A stretch of DNA of 64,000 bases from an uncultured bacterium (GTDB lineage Bacteria; Patescibacteriota; Minisyncoccia; Phycocordibacterales; CAWITU01): positions 212,627-276,626 of the forward strand of contig CAWITU010000002.1 in the NCBI GenBank assembly GCA_963839205.1. The letters are read 5' to 3'. Shown piece after piece: positions 9,938-19,455 of the stretch (its first letter is position 1; each line of letters opens with the position of its first letter). The notes below the pieces were generated by a model that was not told the DNA's origin, did no database searches, and saw nothing but the letters and a program-made list of their open reading frames with translations. The translations under genes were made by a program, and so were the position numbers.

Positions 9938-10726
9938 ATGAAATGGTATAGAATCGAAGCTTTAATCGCAAGACATGTCTATTTATATAAACGTAGTTTG
10001 CCAAGACTTATGGATATTTTTTTCTGGCCAACTATGGATCTTTTGGTCTGGGGATTTATGAGTCTTTATCTTCAGGGATTGAATTTGGCCAATGTAAATA
10101 TTGTTTCTGCTATTTTGGGTGCGGTAATTTTTTGGGGGATACTCCAGCAGTCGCAGGGTTCAGTTTCAACAACATTCTTGGAAGATGTTTGGGAAAAAAA
10201 TCTTCTTAATATTTTTGTGACCCCACTTACAATACTTGAATTTATTCTTGCAACTTTTGGTTTAGTAATCGTCAGAGTAATTCTTGGTGGAGTGGTGATG
10301 TTTGCTCTTGCGCTTCTTCTCTATCATTTTAATATATTTGTCATTAAGCTTGCCGCTATTCCATTTATTCTAAATTTAATAGTTTTTGGATCAATTCTTG
10401 GATTATTTATTACTTCAATTCTTTTACGTTTTGGAACTTCCGCTCAAGTCTTGGCTTTTGGTTTTATTTTCCTAATTCAGCCTTTCAGTGCAGTATTTTA
10501 TCCAGTGTCAGTTTTACCTCACGCTCTTCAATATATTTCCTATGTTTTGCCCTCGACTTATGTCTTTGAGGGGTTACGTGCGCTTTTAAATCATGGAGTA
10601 TTCAATATCCAATACATGATATATGCGGCCCTCCTCAATGTTGTATATCTTGCTGTGGTACTAGCTTTATTTTATTTAGCTTTTGCGTGGGTGAAGAAAA
10701 ATGGTTTATTACTCAAGCTAAATTGA
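9938..10726 (+). CDS. ABC-2-type transporter permease
   Basis: 262-aa protein with 6 TM segments, immediately downstream of the ABC-2-type ATPase. Confidence 0.7.
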   Translation: MKWYRIEALIARHVYLYKRSLPRLMDIFFWPTMDLLVWGFMSLYLQGLNLANVNIVSAILGAVIFWGILQQSQGSVSTTFLEDVWEKNLLNIFVTPLTILEFILATFGLVIVRVILGGVVMFALALLLYHFNIFVIKLAAIPFILNLIVFGSILGLFITSILLRFGTSAQVLAFGFIFLIQPFSAVFYPVSVLPHALQYISYVLPSTYVFEGLRALLNHGVFNIQYMIYAALLNVVYLAVVLALFYLAFAWVKKNGLLLKLN

Positions 10727-10741
10727 TGATAGAATAGTAAT

Positions 10742-11563
10742 ATGCTAAAGAAGCATATTACCCATTCCCATCACCGTCCCTACCTAGTTTATCCAGTTTC
10801 AATTGGGGAGAAACTCTATTCGCTTCTTCTGGCTCCATTTATAAGTGTTCTCGTACTATTTGTTGTCGTTACTTTTCTTTCACATTCTTCACTTTCATTT
10901 GCTTCACCTTTTTCGCTCTCGGATATTACTTTCGCAGCTTTTCAGACAGTCGGACGACTTTTGGTCGCGTACGTATTAGCGCTTATTGTGGCTCTTCCAT
11001 TAGCCCTGCTCGCTGTCAGTGGTCCGACTGCTGAAAAAATCTTTTTACCGTTCTTTGATATTTTGGAATCAGTTCCAACCTTAGCTTTCTTCCCAATTTT
11101 TATTATTTTTTTCGTAAAGTCTGATTATTTAAACGCAGCTGCGATTTTTATTCTCTTTCTTTCAATGCTTTGGAATATCGTTTTCACTTTAATTGGAGGT
11201 CTTAAAATTATTCCGACCGATATTAAATCTGTGGGGGAAGTCTTTGGGGTTTCAGGTTCCCAATATTTTAGAAAAGTAACTTTGCCAGCCTTGTTTCCTC
11301 AAATTGTAACTGGATCGATTCTGGCTGTCGCTCAGGGCTGGAACATTATTATTGTGGCGGAAGTGCTCCATACTTATATTCCGGGGGGCACTTCCGCCCA
11401 AGATTTGTTTGGTATTGGTAGTATATTGGTCCAAGCATCATCCTCAGGCCAAAGTGGTTTGTTTATTGAAGCGATATTTATTATGGTTTTGTTTATCGCT
11501 TTTATTAATTTCTTTATATGGCAAAAATTATTACATTATGCTGAACGATATCGATTTGAATAA
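10742..11563 (+). CDS. ABC importer-type permease (binding-protein-dependent family, SsuC/TauC-like)
   Basis: 273-aa polytopic protein. The FRKVTLPALFPQIVTGSILAVAQGWNIIIVAE segment resembles the EAA-loop region of nitrate/sulfonate/taurine-type permeases. Confidence 0.65.
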   Translation: MLKKHITHSHHRPYLVYPVSIGEKLYSLLLAPFISVLVLFVVVTFLSHSSLSFASPFSLSDITFAAFQTVGRLLVAYVLALIVALPLALLAVSGPTAEKIFLPFFDILESVPTLAFFPIFIIFFVKSDYLNAAAIFILFLSMLWNIVFTLIGGLKIIPTDIKSVGEVFGVSGSQYFRKVTLPALFPQIVTGSILAVAQGWNIIIVAEVLHTYIPGGTSAQDLFGIGSILVQASSSGQSGLFIEAIFIMVLFIAFINFFIWQKLLHYAERYRFE

Positions 11564-12263
11564 TATAATTACATTTGAAAATGTTGGTAAATCCTATTCA
11601 CCTAAGGATGTGGCTTTGGTGGACGTCAATTTTACTGTATCAGTCGGACAATTTATTTGTCTGATTGGTGCTTCCGGTTCTGGCAAAACCACAATTCTTA
11701 AAATAATTGCTGGTCTTGAGAAAGAAACATCTGGCAAAGTAATTAAACCAGAAGCTATTTCAATGTCATTTCAAAGCGCCGCCTTATTTCCTTGGCTTTC
11801 GTCTTACGACAACATCGCCTTTGCCTTGAGAGCTAAGGGATGGAAAGAAGATAGAATAAAAAAACAAGTTGAGAAATATGCAGAAATGATGGGGCTAAGT
11901 GATTATCTAAATAAGCGTTCACCAGAATTATCTGGTGGGCAGAAGCAAAGGGTTGGTATTGCGCGAGCTCTAGCTGTAGAGCCAGCTGTACTTCTGTTGG
12001 ACGAACCATTCTCAGCCCTTGATCCAAAAACAACAGATGAACTTCATAATGACATACTTAAATTATGGAGAGAGACTGGAAAGACAATTGTTTTGGTGTC
12101 GCATCTTATTGAAGAAGCAGTTTCGCTTGGTGAAAAAGTTTTATTGATTAAGGATCACACCAAAAGAGAAGAATTTGAAATAAAACTTCCATATCCGAGA
12201 AGGGAACAAGGTGGATCATTTCAGGAAGACGTCATGAAAATCCGAAAAGTTTTTTTTGAATAA
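11538..12263 (+). CDS. ABC transporter ATP-binding protein (SsuB/TauB-like)
   Basis: Walker A GASGSGKTT, signature LSGGQKQRVGIARAL, Walker B LLLDEPFSALD. The ORF-track start at 11352 is an upstream read-through inside the permease gene. The ATG at 11538 (MLNDIDLNNIITFENV) overlaps the permease end by 26 nt. Confidence 0.85.
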   Translation: MLNDIDLNNIITFENVGKSYSPKDVALVDVNFTVSVGQFICLIGASGSGKTTILKIIAGLEKETSGKVIKPEAISMSFQSAALFPWLSSYDNIAFALRAKGWKEDRIKKQVEKYAEMMGLSDYLNKRSPELSGGQKQRVGIARALAVEPAVLLLDEPFSALDPKTTDELHNDILKLWRETGKTIVLVSHLIEEAVSLGEKVLLIKDHTKREEFEIKLPYPRREQGGSFQEDVMKIRKVFFE

Positions 12264-12264
12264 G

Positions 12265-12810
12265 ATGAAGGAGAAAAAGCGTTGTAATTGGGCAAATACC
12301 AATGAATTGTTTGTTCCATACCACGATTTTGAGTGGGGCTTTCCTGTTCATGATGACAGACTTCTTTTTGAAATGATTAATCTGGAAGGAGCTCAAGCTG
12401 GCTTAAGTTGGCTGACAATTTTAAAAAAGAGAGATAATTATCGGAAAGTCTTTGACAATTTTAATGCGCAGAAAATTGAAAGATACAATAAAACAAAACA
12501 AGCTTCACTTATGAAAAATGAAGGCATAATTCGTAACCGACTTAAGATAGGTGCAGTGATTCAGAATGCAAAATCATTTTTACAGGTTAAGAAAGAATTT
12601 GGAAGTTTTGATAAATATATTTGGTCATTTGTTAATGACAAAACAATTCCACACAAGAAGAGGAAAGAGGCTATTTTAATTAGCGAGAAGATGAGCAAGG
12701 ATTTGAAATTGAAAGGTTTTAAATTTGTTGGTCCGACTATCTGCTTCGCTTTCATGCAGGCAGTTGGAATAGTGAATGATCACGAGGATTATTGTTTTCG
12801 AGCAAAATAA
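12265..12810 (+). CDS. tag: DNA-3-methyladenine glycosylase I
   Basis: CNWANTNELFVPYHDFEWGFPVHDDRLLFEMINLEGAQAGLSWLTILKKR is a clear Tag-family N-terminus. The ATG at 12265 lies just after the upstream stop; the track start at 12256 is a TTG. Confidence 0.9.
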   Translation: MKEKKRCNWANTNELFVPYHDFEWGFPVHDDRLLFEMINLEGAQAGLSWLTILKKRDNYRKVFDNFNAQKIERYNKTKQASLMKNEGIIRNRLKIGAVIQNAKSFLQVKKEFGSFDKYIWSFVNDKTIPHKKRKEAILISEKMSKDLKLKGFKFVGPTICFAFMQAVGIVNDHEDYCFRAK

Positions 12811-12857
12811 AATAACAACTGATTTAAGCCATTTATGTGGTATAATGGCTAATAATA

Positions 12858-13730
12858 ATGAAAAAAATACTGGTTCATAACGGTGGTTTTCATGCGGATG
12901 ACATTTTTGCGGTAGCAACGCTTATTTTGGCGTACCCAAACGAAGAACTAAAAATTGTCCGAAGTAGAGATGAAAAGGAGATTGAAAGCGCCGACATCGT
13001 CGTTGATGTCGGCGGAAAGTATGATGGTCAAAAGTTTTTTGACCATCATCAAACAGGCGGCGCTGGAGCGCGGCCAAACACAATTCCGTATGCCTCATTC
13101 GGTTTGATTTGGAAACATTTTTCTAATCTAGTATGTTCGACCGAAGTGGCCGCGCTAATTGATCAAAAAGTCGTCCAAATAGTTGATGGAATTGATAATG
13201 GTGTTAGTCTTTTTTCTGCAAATTTTAAAGATATTCCGAAGTATGATATTGATAGTTCCTTTGCTTCATTCAATTCAACAACGCTTGAACCAGATAGAAA
13301 TCAAGATACTGCATTTCTTGAGGCTGTAGGTTTTGCCAAAATAATAATTCAGAGAGAGATTAAGATGGCTGAAGAATATCTTGAAGCCAGAAAAGCTCTT
13401 TTGGAAGGTTATGCAAAAGCGGATGATAAAAGAATCATTGTAGTTGATAGAGATGTTCACCGAAATGCTTTTGTAAATTTACCTGAAGACGCCCTTTTTG
13501 TAGTAAGACCAAGATCAAATGGTGAGTGGGGAGTTGAGGCAATCAGAAAAACTGTTGATTCTTTTGAAAGTCGCAAAAATTTTCCTGAAAGCTGGGGTGG
13601 AAAACGAGATGCTGAATTTCAAGCAGTTAGTGGTGTTCCAGATGCCACTTTTTGTCACAAAGGATTATTCCTGGCTGGCGCCAAAACTAAGGGGGGTGCT
13701 ATCGCATTAGCTAAAAAAACTATTCAATAA
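12858..13730 (+). CDS. MYG1 / UPF0160 family metal-dependent hydrolase
   Basis: The N-terminal VHNGGFHADDIFAVATL and later FDHHQ motifs are typical of the MYG1 family. Confidence 0.75.
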   Translation: MKKILVHNGGFHADDIFAVATLILAYPNEELKIVRSRDEKEIESADIVVDVGGKYDGQKFFDHHQTGGAGARPNTIPYASFGLIWKHFSNLVCSTEVAALIDQKVVQIVDGIDNGVSLFSANFKDIPKYDIDSSFASFNSTTLEPDRNQDTAFLEAVGFAKIIIQREIKMAEEYLEARKALLEGYAKADDKRIIVVDRDVHRNAFVNLPEDALFVVRPRSNGEWGVEAIRKTVDSFESRKNFPESWGGKRDAEFQAVSGVPDATFCHKGLFLAGAKTKGGAIALAKKTIQ

Positions 13731-13736
13731 AATATT

Positions 13737-14714
13737 ATGGCATTCATAGACGAAATAAATTTACATTTGAAAGCAGGCCGCGGAGGAAGTGGTGTCGTTA
13801 GGTGGCGTCATGAAAAAGGTAAAGAATGGGCTGGAGCGGCCGGTGGAGACGGTGGTCGTGGCGGGGACGTGTATGTCAAAGCGGTCAGTGATCTAAATCG
13901 TCTAGCTGGATATCGAAATCATAAAGCCTTTGATGCTGGTAATGGTCAGGCTGGAATGAAAAGTAGTATGAAAGGAGAAAACGGTGCCGACTTTGTTTTG
14001 GAAGTTCCGATTGGTTCTATCGTTACAAATCGTGATACTGGCAAAAGTGTTAATTTAATAAACAAAGATCAAGTTGAAGTAATTTTGAAAGGAGGTGCGG
14101 GAGGCTTGGGAAATGAATTTTTCAAATCATCTACTAATACTAGTCCGTATCAATCAACCGAAGGTAAAGAGGGTGAAGAAGCAGATTTTTATATTGAAGT
14201 TGAACTAATCGCTTCAGCTGGACTCATCGGTCTTCCTAATGCTGGTAAATCGAGCCTACTCAACGCCTTAACACGTTCACATGCCAAGGTTGGCAGTTAT
14301 GCCTTTACGACCGTTGAGCCAAATCTCGGCGATATGTACGGCTTTATTTTGGCTGATATTCCAGGGCTAATTGAAGGTGCAGCAGAAGGAAAAGGACTAG
14401 GACATAAATTTTTGCGTCACATTCGCCGAACAGCGATATTGATTCATTGCATTGCCGCAGACTCGGAGGATCCAATCGGCGCGCACAAAATCGTACGCGC
14501 CGAACTCGAAAAATTTGATTCAACTCTTTCTGAAAAACCAGAAATAATTGTTATCACAAAAACCGATACTGTCACTTCCAAAAGACTTACGGAACTCAAA
14601 AAACTTTTCTCTAAAACTAAAGAGAAAGTTCTTACTGTCTCGATTCTCGATGATTCATTGATTAAAGCTTTCCAAGCTGAACTCATGAATATATTAAAAA
14701 AACATAAAGAGTGA
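13737..14714 (+). CDS. obg: GTPase Obg
   Basis: Obg fold N-terminus FIDEINLHLKAGRGGSGVVRWRHEKGKEWAGAAGGDGGRGGDVY plus G-domain motifs GLPNAGKSS, DIPGLIEGA and TKTD. Confidence 0.95.
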   Translation: MAFIDEINLHLKAGRGGSGVVRWRHEKGKEWAGAAGGDGGRGGDVYVKAVSDLNRLAGYRNHKAFDAGNGQAGMKSSMKGENGADFVLEVPIGSIVTNRDTGKSVNLINKDQVEVILKGGAGGLGNEFFKSSTNTSPYQSTEGKEGEEADFYIEVELIASAGLIGLPNAGKSSLLNALTRSHAKVGSYAFTTVEPNLGDMYGFILADIPGLIEGAAEGKGLGHKFLRHIRRTAILIHCIAADSEDPIGAHKIVRAELEKFDSTLSEKPEIIVITKTDTVTSKRLTELKKLFSKTKEKVLTVSILDDSLIKAFQAELMNILKKHKE

Positions 14715-14727
14715 TATATTTTTTATT

Positions 14728-16164
14728 ATGAACGACTATTTTCCAACAATTGGGCTTGAGGTTCACGCAGAACTAAAGACGAGAACAAAGATGTTCTGTA
14801 ATTCTAAGAACGATCCGGATGAGGAACGACCGAATGTAAACATTTGCCCAATCTGTATGGGCCATCCAGGAACTCTTCCTGTAATCAATAAAGAGGCGGT
14901 TAAGCATGTCTTAAAAGTTGGACTCGCAGTTCATGGCGAAATTGCAGATTTTACTGAATTTGATAGAAAAAATTATTTTTATCCTGATATTCCAAAAGGT
15001 TATCAGCTTTCTCAATATAAATACCCGTTAGTTAAAGGTGGAAAAATTAAAGGGATTGAGCTTACTAGAATTCATCTTGAGGAAGATACAGGAACTTCGC
15101 TTCATGAAGAAGGTGATTACTCTCTTGTAAATTATAATCGTGCTGGCGTGCCACTAATGGAACTCGTCACTGAGCCAGTTATTCATTCCGCTAAGGAAGC
15201 GGGGGATTTTGCTCGTGAACTTCAGCTCCTCCTTCAGACCCTTGGAGTGAGCGATGCTAATATGGAAAAAGGAGAGATGAGAGTTGAAGCAAATATTTCA
15301 ATTTCTGATTCGAAAGATAAACTCGGAGTAAAAGTGGAAGTTAAAAATCTTAACTCATTTAAATCTGCCGAAAGGGCAATTGAATACGAAATTAAAAGAA
15401 TGGGCGAGTGTTTGAAGAAAGGCGAAAAAATTGTTCAAGAGACCAGGGGCTTCGATGAAAATTCTGGTAAGACTTTTTCACAGCGTCTCAAAGAAGATTC
15501 CCATGACTACAGATATTTTCCAGACCCTGATTTACCGAAACTTATGATTTCAGAAATTCCAGAATTCAAGAAAGAGGCACTTCAGAGGGATATGCCAGAA
15601 CTTCCAGAAGAGAAGAGAATTCGATATAGAGGAGAATATGGCTTAAAAGATGAAGATATTGAGATGTACGTCCGCTCATCAATTTGGGGAGCATATTTTG
15701 AGGCTGTCGCAAAAATTCTAAAAGAACCAAAGAAAATTATTATTGCTTCAAACTACATTACTTCAGATTTGGTGGGGCTAGTTAAAAGTGATCAAGATAA
15801 TTGGGGAGTTGATGTCATGAATCTTGCCGATAAAATGCCACCAGCAAATTTTGCCGAACTGATCAACATGTTTTCAGAAGATAAAATTTCATCCCGTGGT
15901 GCCAAAGATATCTTAGCTCTTATGTATACCGGAGAAAGTCCGTCTAATATTGCTATTGAAAAAGGGTTGCTTCAGGAAAGCAACACAGATGCGCTCACTG
16001 CACTTATTGAAGGAATAATTGCCAAACATCCAACTGTCGTCGCTGACTACAAAGCCGGAAAAGCTTCCGCCCTTCAATTCCTAGTCGGACAGGTTATGAA
16101 AGAAAGTAAAGGCTCCGCTAACCCGGGCCTAGTTCAGAAAATTTTGAAAGATATTCTGGTATAA
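14728..16164 (+). CDS. gatB: Asp-tRNA(Asn)/Glu-tRNA(Gln) amidotransferase subunit B
   Basis: 478 aa. PTIGLEVHAELKTRTKMFC, CPICMGHPGTLP and NYNRAGVPLMELVTEP are GatB hallmarks. Confidence 0.95.
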   Translation: MNDYFPTIGLEVHAELKTRTKMFCNSKNDPDEERPNVNICPICMGHPGTLPVINKEAVKHVLKVGLAVHGEIADFTEFDRKNYFYPDIPKGYQLSQYKYPLVKGGKIKGIELTRIHLEEDTGTSLHEEGDYSLVNYNRAGVPLMELVTEPVIHSAKEAGDFARELQLLLQTLGVSDANMEKGEMRVEANISISDSKDKLGVKVEVKNLNSFKSAERAIEYEIKRMGECLKKGEKIVQETRGFDENSGKTFSQRLKEDSHDYRYFPDPDLPKLMISEIPEFKKEALQRDMPELPEEKRIRYRGEYGLKDEDIEMYVRSSIWGAYFEAVAKILKEPKKIIIASNYITSDLVGLVKSDQDNWGVDVMNLADKMPPANFAELINMFSEDKISSRGAKDILALMYTGESPSNIAIEKGLLQESNTDALTALIEGIIAKHPTVVADYKAGKASALQFLVGQVMKESKGSANPGLVQKILKDILV

Positions 16165-16171
16165 TTATCAA

Positions 16172-17041
16172 ATGAGAAAACTTAAGGAAATTATTGCCGA
16201 TGCCGAAGCGAAAGGAGTTGCCGTCGGCCATTTTAATATCTCAGACCTAGAAGCCCTCCACGGTATTTTCAATGCCGCCAAAGGACTAAATCTTCCAGTG
16301 ATTATCGGCACCTCAGAAGGCGAGCGGGAATTTATTGGCGTTAAACAAGCCGTCGCGCTAGTTAAAAGTTTCAGAGACGAATTTGATTATCCAATTTTCC
16401 TTAATGCCGACCACACCTATTCGTTTGATAAAGTAAAAGAAGCGGTTGATGCCGGATATGATGCCGTAATTTTTGATGGAGCTCAGCTTCCGCTTGATGA
16501 AAATATAAAAATAACTAAGCAGTGCGTTGAGTATGCTAAAAGTGTTAACTCAGACATTCTTGTTGAGGGGGAACTTGGATACATAGGCACCTCGTCTAAA
16601 CTCTTAGACGAGGTGCCTAAGGGTGTTTCTTTAGATCCCAAATTTCTGACTTCCCCTGAGGATGCTTTGAGATTCGTGACAGAGACAGAGGTTGATTTGT
16701 TTGCTCCAGCAGTTGGAAATATTCACGGCATGCTCAAATCAGGTAATGAACCAGCATTAAATATTGAACATATTCGCTCAATAAAAGAGGCTGTTAAAAT
16801 CCCGCTTGTACTTCACGGAGCTTCAGGAAATTCAGATGATGATATTAAAAAGGCTATTGAGGCTGGCATCAGTATTGTGCACATTAATACTGAAATCAGG
16901 GTCGCTTTTGTTGAAGCATTGAAAACTTCACTTTCTGAATATCCAGATGAGGTTGCTCCGTATAAGCTTATGAAAGCCCCAGAAGAGGCGCTTCAGGAAC
17001 TTGTGGAAAAGAAGTTAAAGCTCTTTAACATTGCCAAATAA
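16172..17041 (+). CDS. fba: class II fructose-bisphosphate aldolase
   Basis: 289 aa. VGHFNISDLEAL, LNADHT, GELGYIG, GNIHG and LVLHGASG match the class II FBA/tagatose-bisphosphate aldolase family. Confidence 0.85.
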   Translation: MRKLKEIIADAEAKGVAVGHFNISDLEALHGIFNAAKGLNLPVIIGTSEGEREFIGVKQAVALVKSFRDEFDYPIFLNADHTYSFDKVKEAVDAGYDAVIFDGAQLPLDENIKITKQCVEYAKSVNSDILVEGELGYIGTSSKLLDEVPKGVSLDPKFLTSPEDALRFVTETEVDLFAPAVGNIHGMLKSGNEPALNIEHIRSIKEAVKIPLVLHGASGNSDDDIKKAIEAGISIVHINTEIRVAFVEALKTSLSEYPDEVAPYKLMKAPEEALQELVEKKLKLFNIAK

Positions 17042-17067
17042 TAGGAAATAGTATAAAATCCCGAAAC

Positions 17068-17734
17068 ATGATTACACTTACAATCGAGAAAAGAAATACA
17101 GCCGACAAGACAGCTTTAATTCGAAAAGGTGGTAAAATTCCAGCCGTTTATTACGGACGAAAAGGAAGAATCAACCCCTATATCCGTTTCTGAAGTTGAT
17201 TTTCTCAAAGTATGGCAGAAAGCCGGAGAATCTTCAGTTGTCGTACTTAAGGGTGATAAAGAGGAACACGAAACACTCATCCATGACATGGAACTTGATC
17301 CAGTTACAGGAAAGGTTAAACATATTGATTTTTACGTTCTTGAAAAAGGTAAGAAAGTTAGAGTTAATGTTCCAATCGAATTTGATGGTCTAGCTCCAGC
17401 CGTTAAGGATCTTGGAGGAACACTTGTTAAGGTTATTTACGAAGTTGAAATTGAGGCTTTCCCAAAAGATTTACCACACGCTTTGAAAGTAGATGTTACA
17501 CCTCTTGTTAATTTTGAAAGTAGAATTAAGGCCTCTGATATTAAGATGCCATCCGGGGTTACTCTCATTACTCCAGCTGATGAAGTTATCACCTTGGTAA
17601 CGGAAGTTAAGGAGGAAATTGAAGAGCCTACCGCACCAGTTGATCTCTCAACAATTGAGGTTGAAAAGAAAGGCAAGGAAGCTAAGGAAGGTGAGGGAGA
17701 AGAAGCAGAAGCGGGAGATTCAAAGGCAAAATAA
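17068..17734 (+). CDS. rplY: ribosomal protein L25 / Ctc form; one frameshift as sequenced
   Basis: The ATG at 17068 gives MITLTIEKRNTADKTALIRKGGKIPAVYYGRK. After a 1-nt shift at the A-run near 17160-17170 it continues as EESTPISVSEVDFLKVWQKAGESS in the frame of ORF 17129..17734. The tail is acidic and C-terminal, as in the Ctc form. Confidence 0.85.
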
Positions 17735-17739
17735 TTTAA

Positions 17740-17775
17740 GCGGCTCTCAGCCTAAGGCTGAGAGCCGCTCTCTCT
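17740..17775 (+). terminator. strong hairpin after rplY (probable terminator or attenuator)
   Basis: 13-bp perfect stem gcggctctcagcc / ggctgagagccgc (17740-17752 / 17756-17768). The downstream tract is only weakly T-rich, so termination efficiency is uncertain. Confidence 0.5.
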
Positions 17776-19137
17776 ATGAAAAAAAAATTAGTACCTCTTT
17801 TTTTAATTTGTATAGTTGCCGTCAGTCTCATGGTTTCATCCATAAGGACTAATAATGTCTTTGCCCAATCCACAACTTTAAGCGCTTCTCAACAGCAGGT
17901 CTTGCAGAACGAACTCAATCAAGTTGAGGCGCAAATTGCTGCACAGCAGACAATTCTTGATCAAGCAGAACAGCAGGGTGTTTCAATTCAAAGAGATATT
18001 GCAATTCTAGATGCAGAAATTTCTAAAGCTCAGCTCGAAATTAAAGCCCATGATATTGCTATTCAAAATTTGGGCACAGATATTGATACAAAATCAACAA
18101 CAATAAATAGTCTAAGTGACCAAATAGATCAAACCAAACAATCTATTGCGGATAACATTAGACAACTTAATGATTTGGATGCTATATCGTTGGTCTCAAT
18201 CCTTTTAGCAAATAATAATATTACTGATTATCTTTCTGATTACAATAATTTTAATACCTTAAACGGTTCAATCGCCACACTAGTTAATCAATCACAAAGT
18301 GATGAAAATTCTGCGCAGACAGCGAAACAAGCTCTAACTGATCAGCAAAATCAAGAGATTGCTTTAAAATTAAATGTCCAATCAGAAGAGGATTCCATTA
18401 AGCAAGCTGAAAGCCAAAAAGAAAATCTCCTTAGCCTTAATGAATCTGAACAGAAAAATTATCAAAGCATCATTGCTACTCAGCAGACAAAAGCCGCTCA
18501 AATCAGGGCGGCACTCTTTGCCCTTCGTGATGCGACCGCTATTGATTTCGGAACAGCTGTGACATATGCCGAAGCGGCAGAAGCCAAGACCGGTGTTCGC
18601 CCCGCTTTTCTTTTGGCAATCATCACTCAGGAAAGTAATCTCGGACAAAATATTGGTTCTTGTTATATTTCTGGCACTGACGGTAATGGTGTTGATATTA
18701 AAACCGGCGATTATGTTTCTGGCGTTATGAAAGCCACGCGGGATGTTCAACCTTTTATTGCCCTTATGAATCAATTAGGTAGAGATCCATATAAGACTCC
18801 TGTCTCATGCCCACTCAATATCGGTTACGGTGGTGGTATGGGTCCATCTCAATTCATCCCTTCAACTTGGCAATTACTTGAACCAGATATCGCTAGATAT
18901 ACTAATAAATCGGTCCCGGACCCATTTAATGCACAGGATGCATTTATGGCCTCAGCAATTTATTTAAGTAACCTAGGTGCTTCTGGCGGTTCAGCTACAG
19001 CTGAACGTAACGCAGCTTGTAAATATTATTCCGGAAAATCCTGCACAACTAATAGCTTTAATGGATTTTATGGTAATGACGTAATGACAATTGCGGCTGG
19101 TATTCAATCCAATATTAATTTGATTGAGAGTAATTAA
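17776..19137 (+). CDS. secreted coiled-coil protein with C-terminal lytic murein transglycosylase (MltB/SLT_2-like) domain
   Basis: Signal/TM N-terminus, a Q-rich coiled-coil of about 230 aa, then PAFLLAIITQESNLGQ (catalytic Glu context) and GGMGPSQFIPSTW, which is typical of MltB-type transglycosylases. Confidence 0.7.
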   Translation: MKKKLVPLFLICIVAVSLMVSSIRTNNVFAQSTTLSASQQQVLQNELNQVEAQIAAQQTILDQAEQQGVSIQRDIAILDAEISKAQLEIKAHDIAIQNLGTDIDTKSTTINSLSDQIDQTKQSIADNIRQLNDLDAISLVSILLANNNITDYLSDYNNFNTLNGSIATLVNQSQSDENSAQTAKQALTDQQNQEIALKLNVQSEEDSIKQAESQKENLLSLNESEQKNYQSIIATQQTKAAQIRAALFALRDATAIDFGTAVTYAEAAEAKTGVRPAFLLAIITQESNLGQNIGSCYISGTDGNGVDIKTGDYVSGVMKATRDVQPFIALMNQLGRDPYKTPVSCPLNIGYGGGMGPSQFIPSTWQLLEPDIARYTNKSVPDPFNAQDAFMASAIYLSNLGASGGSATAERNAACKYYSGKSCTTNSFNGFYGNDVMTIAAGIQSNINLIESN

Positions 19138-19178
19138 AACTTGCGGTATTTGTGACTTTTTGCTATAACTAAGGCCTT

Positions 19179-19418
19179 ATGAAAACAGACATACACCCAA
19201 AATACTATCCAAAAGCAGAGTTTACTTGTGCTTGCGGTGCTGTTTATGAAATTGGCTCAACTAAAGAAAAAGTGGAGGTGGAAATTTGTGGCGCTTGCCA
19301 CCCATTCTATACAGGTAATGAAAAGGTAATTGACAGTGCTGGCCGTGTTGAGAAATTCAAAGCACGCCGAGCAAGTGCAGCTGCTTCACCTAAGAAGTCT
19401 ACTAAGAAATCAAAATAA
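19179..19418 (+). CDS. rpmE: ribosomal protein L31 (Zn-ribbon form)
   Basis: MKTDIHPKYY..CACG..CGACHPFYTG..VEKFKAR. Confidence 0.95.
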   Translation: MKTDIHPKYYPKAEFTCACGAVYEIGSTKEKVEVEICGACHPFYTGNEKVIDSAGRVEKFKARRASAAASPKKSTKKSK

Positions 19419-19455
19419 CTTAATTACAGCCAATCGCTGTTAAGTTATATTCTCT

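Noticed and set aside
11352-11537. Upstream extension of the ABC ATPase ORF (track start 11352)
   Set aside because: The extension lies within the permease gene in another frame. The conserved ATPase N-terminus begins at the ATG at 11538.
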